From positions 5,344,202 through 5,408,201 of the forward strand of contig CM082588.2 in NCBI GenBank assembly GCA_040954595.2: a DNA stretch of 64,000 nucleotides, written 5' to 3'. Made by a program: the position numbers and the translations under genes. The stretch's first letter is position 1, and each line of letters opens with the position of its first letter. This stretch comes from Balanoglossus misakiensis (taxonomy: Eukaryota; Animalia; Hemichordata). Positions 58,401 through 64,000 of this stretch are shown piece by piece. A model generated the notes under the pieces. The model was given only the letters and a program-made list of their open reading frames with translations, was not told where the DNA came from and ran no database searches.

Positions 58401-60214
58401 GATGTTACCATTAACAGGATTAAATTTCATTTTAAAATTTCTTTCTGAGTCGAATATGTCAGAGTAAAGTTCAAAAATCTGTAAATTCCTCGTAATCTTC
58501 ACTGAAGAGAAGGCATATGTTCAGGTCAGATCGTGAAAATGCCTTTTGAGATTTCTGGAATCTCCACAGCCTCAGATACGGGGCCAGAGGGTTTCGCCAT
58601 CGCACTGAGAATGCCGGGTCTATAAAAACAACTGTTGGTATCGCAAAGTTATATTGATACAGTTGTTAGTGTGCAGATAATTACGGCTCACGTGGGGACC
58701 ATATCTCAACCAGGACAACTCCTGCATTTTTTGCTGCCTCCTAATTGGCTGTTAGTCTTGAGGTCACCGCAGAGGTCACTTGGAGAATGGCGCGAAGACA
58801 TTCCTTAATGATTTTGCGCCTTATTCCTACAATTTTTGGACATTTTCTTAATGAATTAGAGTATGAAAAAAACTGTCTTTTGAAATACAGGCAAAATGAG
58901 AAATTTGATATGAATTACTATAAAAGTTTCGACAGAAAACCACACAACTCAAAATGATGCACAATTTTACTTTTGAATTTTTCTCCCTTCAACTTATGAT
59001 ACACATAATGCAGAAGTATTCACTTTTTTAGAGAAGGAGAGATTTTTCCACAGTTTTAATTAGATCAAGTCTGCACTCATTACCGCATTATCGTCAGAGT
59101 TGATTTCTGAAATATTCCTGAAATGCCATTCTCAAGTGCCTGGCCTTTACCAGACATCGGCAAAGCATCTATTTTTAGGATTTACGTACGTACACTAGTG
59201 CCTACAAGCTCTTACTGAGAGAAGTCCTTTTAACGTTCAGACAAAACAGACCTATTTTTGGTTCGGATGGAAGGATTCATAAAAACACAGACTGGACTGA
59301 GAAAACAATCTACCAAGTTGAAAAAATACTGTATGATGTGTTGATCGACTTCAGAAAAATGCTTAAAAACTTTTTACAGACTTTCTATTTTTCTTTCTCT
59401 CTTTTAAAAGATTTATTATGACTTGCATAAAAGTTAACCAACTTTGCTGGAGTGAACACCCAGATTTTGGGACATGGCTGCCCCATACGGTATTGCGTCT
59501 AACAGTCATCACATTTTAATATCAAAGAAAACACAAGTTTGATAAGTAAATAATTGTTATTCCCGAGCCAATTAACCTAGGGTGTAAATAACTGCAGATG
59601 TTCACTAGTTGATTGCAGATGTTGCGATCGGCCAGGAATGTCCGAGGCAGTGACTGAAGTGAGTAATCTTCTCACAATGCGACAGAAAAAAAGGGAAAAC
59701 AATTTTTCCCTTCATCAGACTAACTTCATGGTCTTAGACTTCCACAGACTTAGGAAAATAAATCCTGTCAAAGGTCAGATGTGACCAAATCTATGGAGAT
59801 TTTAAAATATTTGCAAATGGGAAACTTTTACACCAACTCAGAAATTCACTTAAATAACCAGGCGTCTAAACTTAAAGTTGAAATTTCCTTACAATTGTGA
59901 AAACATGAAAGTTACTTTGCTCTTTTTAAATTGTTCATTTCTGTTGAATCTTTCTCTCTTCACCCCAATTAGAAAAGAGAGAACTTTGCTCAGGGGAAAA
60001 ACAGTCAAAGATGGTTTTTTTAAAATGATCTGCATCAGTTTGTTTGTTTTGCTCCCAAGATATGACACATTATAGCTTACAGTGTACAATTTCATCAATA
60101 TTCCAAAGCAATATCATCATAGACCACAACGGACACTCAAGTCCAGCCTAAAGCTGGGAGGAAAATTCTTGCTGACTTCTTTTCAAGCAACAAAGACAGA
60201 AACACAAAACCAAC

Positions 60215-60283
60215 CTGGTCCTGGTCCCACGACATCACTTCATGGAGAAGCAGAGCCAGACGATCCTCCTCCCAAAAATCCAT
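60215..60283 (-). CDS. Candidate (alternative) first coding exon of the SASH1-like gene
   Basis: aggATGG Kozak context; MDFWEEDRLALLLHEVMSWDQDQ|gttggt, phase 0, compatible with 52421; preceded by a locally GC/CpG-richer ~250-nt stretch. Confidence 0.4.
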
Positions 60284-63191
60284 CCTCCTCGTCTTTTCGG
60301 TAACCTCCGACAACGTGTTGAAAAAAAATCCCCAACTCTATTGCTCTTTAGCCATTCACCACCCTGTCCCCAAATTCAAAAGGTGTCCATCTCTCTCGTC
60401 TCAGCATGGGTGCTCGTTCCTCCTCCGCAACGGCGGCAGCGATCATCACCAGACAGGTCCTATGTCATCCGCAACCAGTACCACTTCTAAACTCATCCAA
60501 CGACACTTCTACGTCTACAGGCAAATAGTTTTCAAACTTGCTAACTGAACCACTGTTGTTCAGGGGTGGCAGGTTGGTTTGGGAGGTGCGCATGGCTATA
60601 AGCTTATGATTGAGATGCCGATGGGCCATGTACTGCGTATGAGGAATGTGTGATGAGAGCTTGATGTTTACCTCTCAAATGTGTGAAAACGTTCCCTTTA
60701 AGATTTTATAACTGTTTTAATACATAATTACCAATTCATAATAATTGTTTACTTAGAGAAAAATAATCTCAAGGAACACAGTGAGTCAGTCTCATATGAT
60801 TCTGAAGTTACACTGGAATTCATAACATTACAACACATTGTCTTAAACAATGGTAGCTTGTCTTAATAAAACAGGCAAAACTACAACATCTTTTTGAATT
60901 TATATAAATTTCTCTATCATTAGGAAGTCTTAGCTTTGCTCAGTGTGCGATGATGTGGTTTTAAACCCTTTTTGACTAAAAAACAACGGTAGAATACTAA
61001 GGCTGACATTAAGAAACAGCCCTGACTAGCAAAGGTTATCAGACACATGAGATTATAATGACATGAAATACAAGAATGTAGGATTATATCTTTAACATCA
61101 GATAATGGTATGTCAATTTGGTTATCATGCTACCAAATTAGCAATTTGACGAAATTATACTACCGTCAGATCAGTATACAGCTGAACATCAAAGAAGTAG
61201 CTTTTTGATTACTTGATTTGAGATCTGATCAGTAATACTGAACAATTCAAACTGGCCCGTTTTTTTTATCAGGCATGGGAAACCGTCAAACGGACTGGGT
61301 TGTGTCAACTTGATGGGCGGTGGGAAAAAAACAAAAGGCCAGTTTCTCCGGTCCCGATGACAATTATATCAAGTACACTGCCACTTTAGTTTACAGCAGA
61401 TATACACAATAAACTGGACCTGAGAGAAAACATGTGTGGTTAGATCGCCTGAACAATCGTTGGCAGAGGACCAGCGATTACACACTTAGAATATAATGTG
61501 CATCCGTATAATGAGGGTCAGCGGTCAAAAATCGAACCCAAGTTGTCAACAAACCCAGGAAGCGTTAACTGTCTGATGGAAAACACAGAGAGGGTGGTTT
61601 ATCGAAATGAATTATATAACGAGTGTGTTTAGATTCTGTCTGCAAAATAGGAAGTTGCAGTCTGTGTCTTGATAGCCTCTGGTCAAACTAAAGTTTTTGA
61701 TGACATCATAAAGTGGATAGCCTAGTAGTAGCATCTTAAAAGCAACATTATCAGCCTTTGAAGTTTTCTGGATTTTGATATTTACAACTAGCAGTTAACA
61801 TACTGAAAGTCCCATCTCCTTCTCGCAAACAAAGTCTGGAAAGGCAAAGAGTGAACCCAGCCATGTCTTGTAGAACTACTTAGGTCGACCAAGTGTACTC
61901 CAGAATGAATCACGAACATTGACGAATGCAGAGCTCAGCACATTGAGTAACATGATAATAAAATTTATATAGCGCCTGACAGAATCAATATGAAATGTTC
62001 ATTCGTGCTGCACAAGTGACTACATGTGTACGGCATGTAAGCTATAAACAAGTGGCAATCCTCAAGAGTTTTAATCTTTAAAGCTCTGTATCACCCCTAA
62101 GTTGTTCGTGTGTGATGCATTAATCTGATCTTAACATCTGTTTCTGCACATGTCCTGACAGTGGTGTTCATATTTTTCATCTGTATTGCTGTGCATTAAC
62201 AACCCTGGGTTTGTAGGAACACCAATACCACTTCACATGGAGGAGCGGTAACCATGGCAACCCAGGTCAAAGGTTGAGTGGACAATACAGTAAGCGAAGT
62301 ATAAAAGCTTGTACAGAAAACTATCGCTTCAATTTTGGAATATGTGCATCAAAATATAAAATTGCAATAAACAATGACTTTTGAACTTGAAAATACTAGG
62401 TCAACTCTGTTGGTTCAAGATAAAAGTTTACTATGTGGAACATGGTGAGATGAAAACAGTGCTGAGACTCATTTGTTTACAATTGCAGTACGGCTGTGAG
62501 CCACTGACAACATCAGATGCTCTTTTGTTTTTCACCAAGTTTGCACAGATGTTCATTTGTTTGACTGGTCATGTGACTGACATAACTGCCAATGAAAGAT
62601 GTTCATTTGTCAGGAACCTGCACCAGATAAACACGCAGTTGACAATTCTTGTTTATAACGACTTCAGAGTGATTTTGCATTTTCCTTTAAAGACCCAGCA
62701 TGAACTACTTATAAATGTATCTCACGGTCCTCTCACTACAAAAGCACATTAGATAAAACTATTCCAGGAATGCAACTGTATTTTACATCCAAAAGAATGA
62801 AAAACGTGTGAAAAGAATTGAGATAAACAACTCAGTCTATTTTGGTAGCATGCGATATTTTAGTTCAGCTCCGGTGAACACATTAATAACATGTACCGGT
62901 GATTTGCATGCTGCAACAACACACGCTGTTTTCCTAGGGGAGGAAAAGTCTACTGTCGTTTAAGTAAAAGCATCCAAGACGTGACAACATCATCAAAACA
63001 TGATGGAAAGTTTCACAAAAACTGAGCAAATTCGCTCAACAGGTATCCCCCTCAAAGGATATCTCCCAAAACATACTGAAGGTATCAACAGGTACATGTA
63101 CATGGGTACATGTACATAGTACAAAACAACTCACACAGAGCCACCATCACATTTGCCTGTACTTACCGGAAAAATAAACAAACACCACTGC

Positions 63192-63216
63192 TACATGTAC
63201 ATGTACATGTACATAT
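63192..63216 (+). repeat. (TACATG)n microsatellite
   Basis: tacatgtacatgtacatgtacat. Confidence 0.7.
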
Positions 63217-64000
63217 ATGTTTCCTCAGCCACTTCTCAATGTACTGTGATTAATGTTTCAGCAAAGAAAGCCCGAAGACGTCTGATCCACCAAGAAAAAC
63301 ACAACGACCTCTATGCGTTCCCTCACCTGTGCTTATACTCCAACGTACGTTGTCAGATCAAATCCCTCTGTGGTTTTCAAGTGATTGTATGTAAACAAAC
63401 CGGCAGTGACCACAGTAACCTGTAAGGTACTCCCAGCATGAACCACTGGCAATGTCCCAGTAACTTTATTCAATGAAACCTTGTGGGGTTTGAAAAAAAA
63501 AGCTTGATCTATTGTTTGGCTGGGTTCCAATTCAGAGTGACTTCTTTCAAATTGCAAAATAATGACGACAAATAATTCTGCTTTCAATGCCAGTGCTCTT
63601 AACTGCTACAGTGAAAATAATTAGGTGTAATGTGTAAACAACAGCCAAGGAAACAGTTATATTCTAAGCATTAGCTTTTATTGATGTACTTGGAAGTTGA
63701 TAGATTCCCTTTGCATAATAGTTATCAGTAACCGTCACATCACTAACGATGTCTGCAGTCTCTTTGCAGTATTAGTGCAGGAGACTGGCAGAGAATCTCA
63801 CATTTTGTTTTTAGGATCTAACAACTTTCTAGATTGAAACTAAATGATGAGTTCTATAAAAGTGTAATGTTTTGGTGGTCACAATGTGCACCTGGGACCA
63901 GAAACATACATGAACTTTCACACAGTGACCAATCAGGTGCTTCCTACGCCACAGATTTCCAATCACAGCACAATGCCAAAATGTACACAATCATACTGGT

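Overview
Eukaryotic (animal) genomic DNA. Intron-rich genes, MITEs and protein similarities suggest an invertebrate deuterostome, but that is inference. Left to right: (1) an 88-bp AT-rich satellite array (1-9738, about 110 copies, running off the left edge), ending in about 1.8 inverted monomers followed by CTAG|T. (2) Three tandem plus-strand galactose-3-O-sulfotransferase (GAL3ST-family) paralogs sharing one 3-coding-exon layout: a 6-nt ATG exon, a signal-anchor exon and a catalytic exon. (3) A convergent 7-exon HUNK-like (AMPK/MARK-related) Ser/Thr kinase with a UBA domain on the minus strand. (4) A large minus-strand SASH1/SLy-family SH3 + 2xSAM adaptor gene with at least 19 exons, including a 23-nt microexon, probably continuing beyond the right edge. 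Several non-autonomous DNA transposons (9-bp-TSD, TTAA-TSD and TA-TSD types) lie in introns or promoters. Best leads: an internally duplicated, exon-encoded helical module in the SASH1-like protein that predicts an upstream SAMD5-like exon; a possible Helitron-like terminus capping the satellite; a monomer/inverted-dimer MITE family; and a CpG-rich to CpG-poor switch near 29 kb that is recorded in MITE CpG decay. All gene models were spliced by eye and need RNA-seq confirmation. No prokaryotic-type system (CRISPR etc.) is present.
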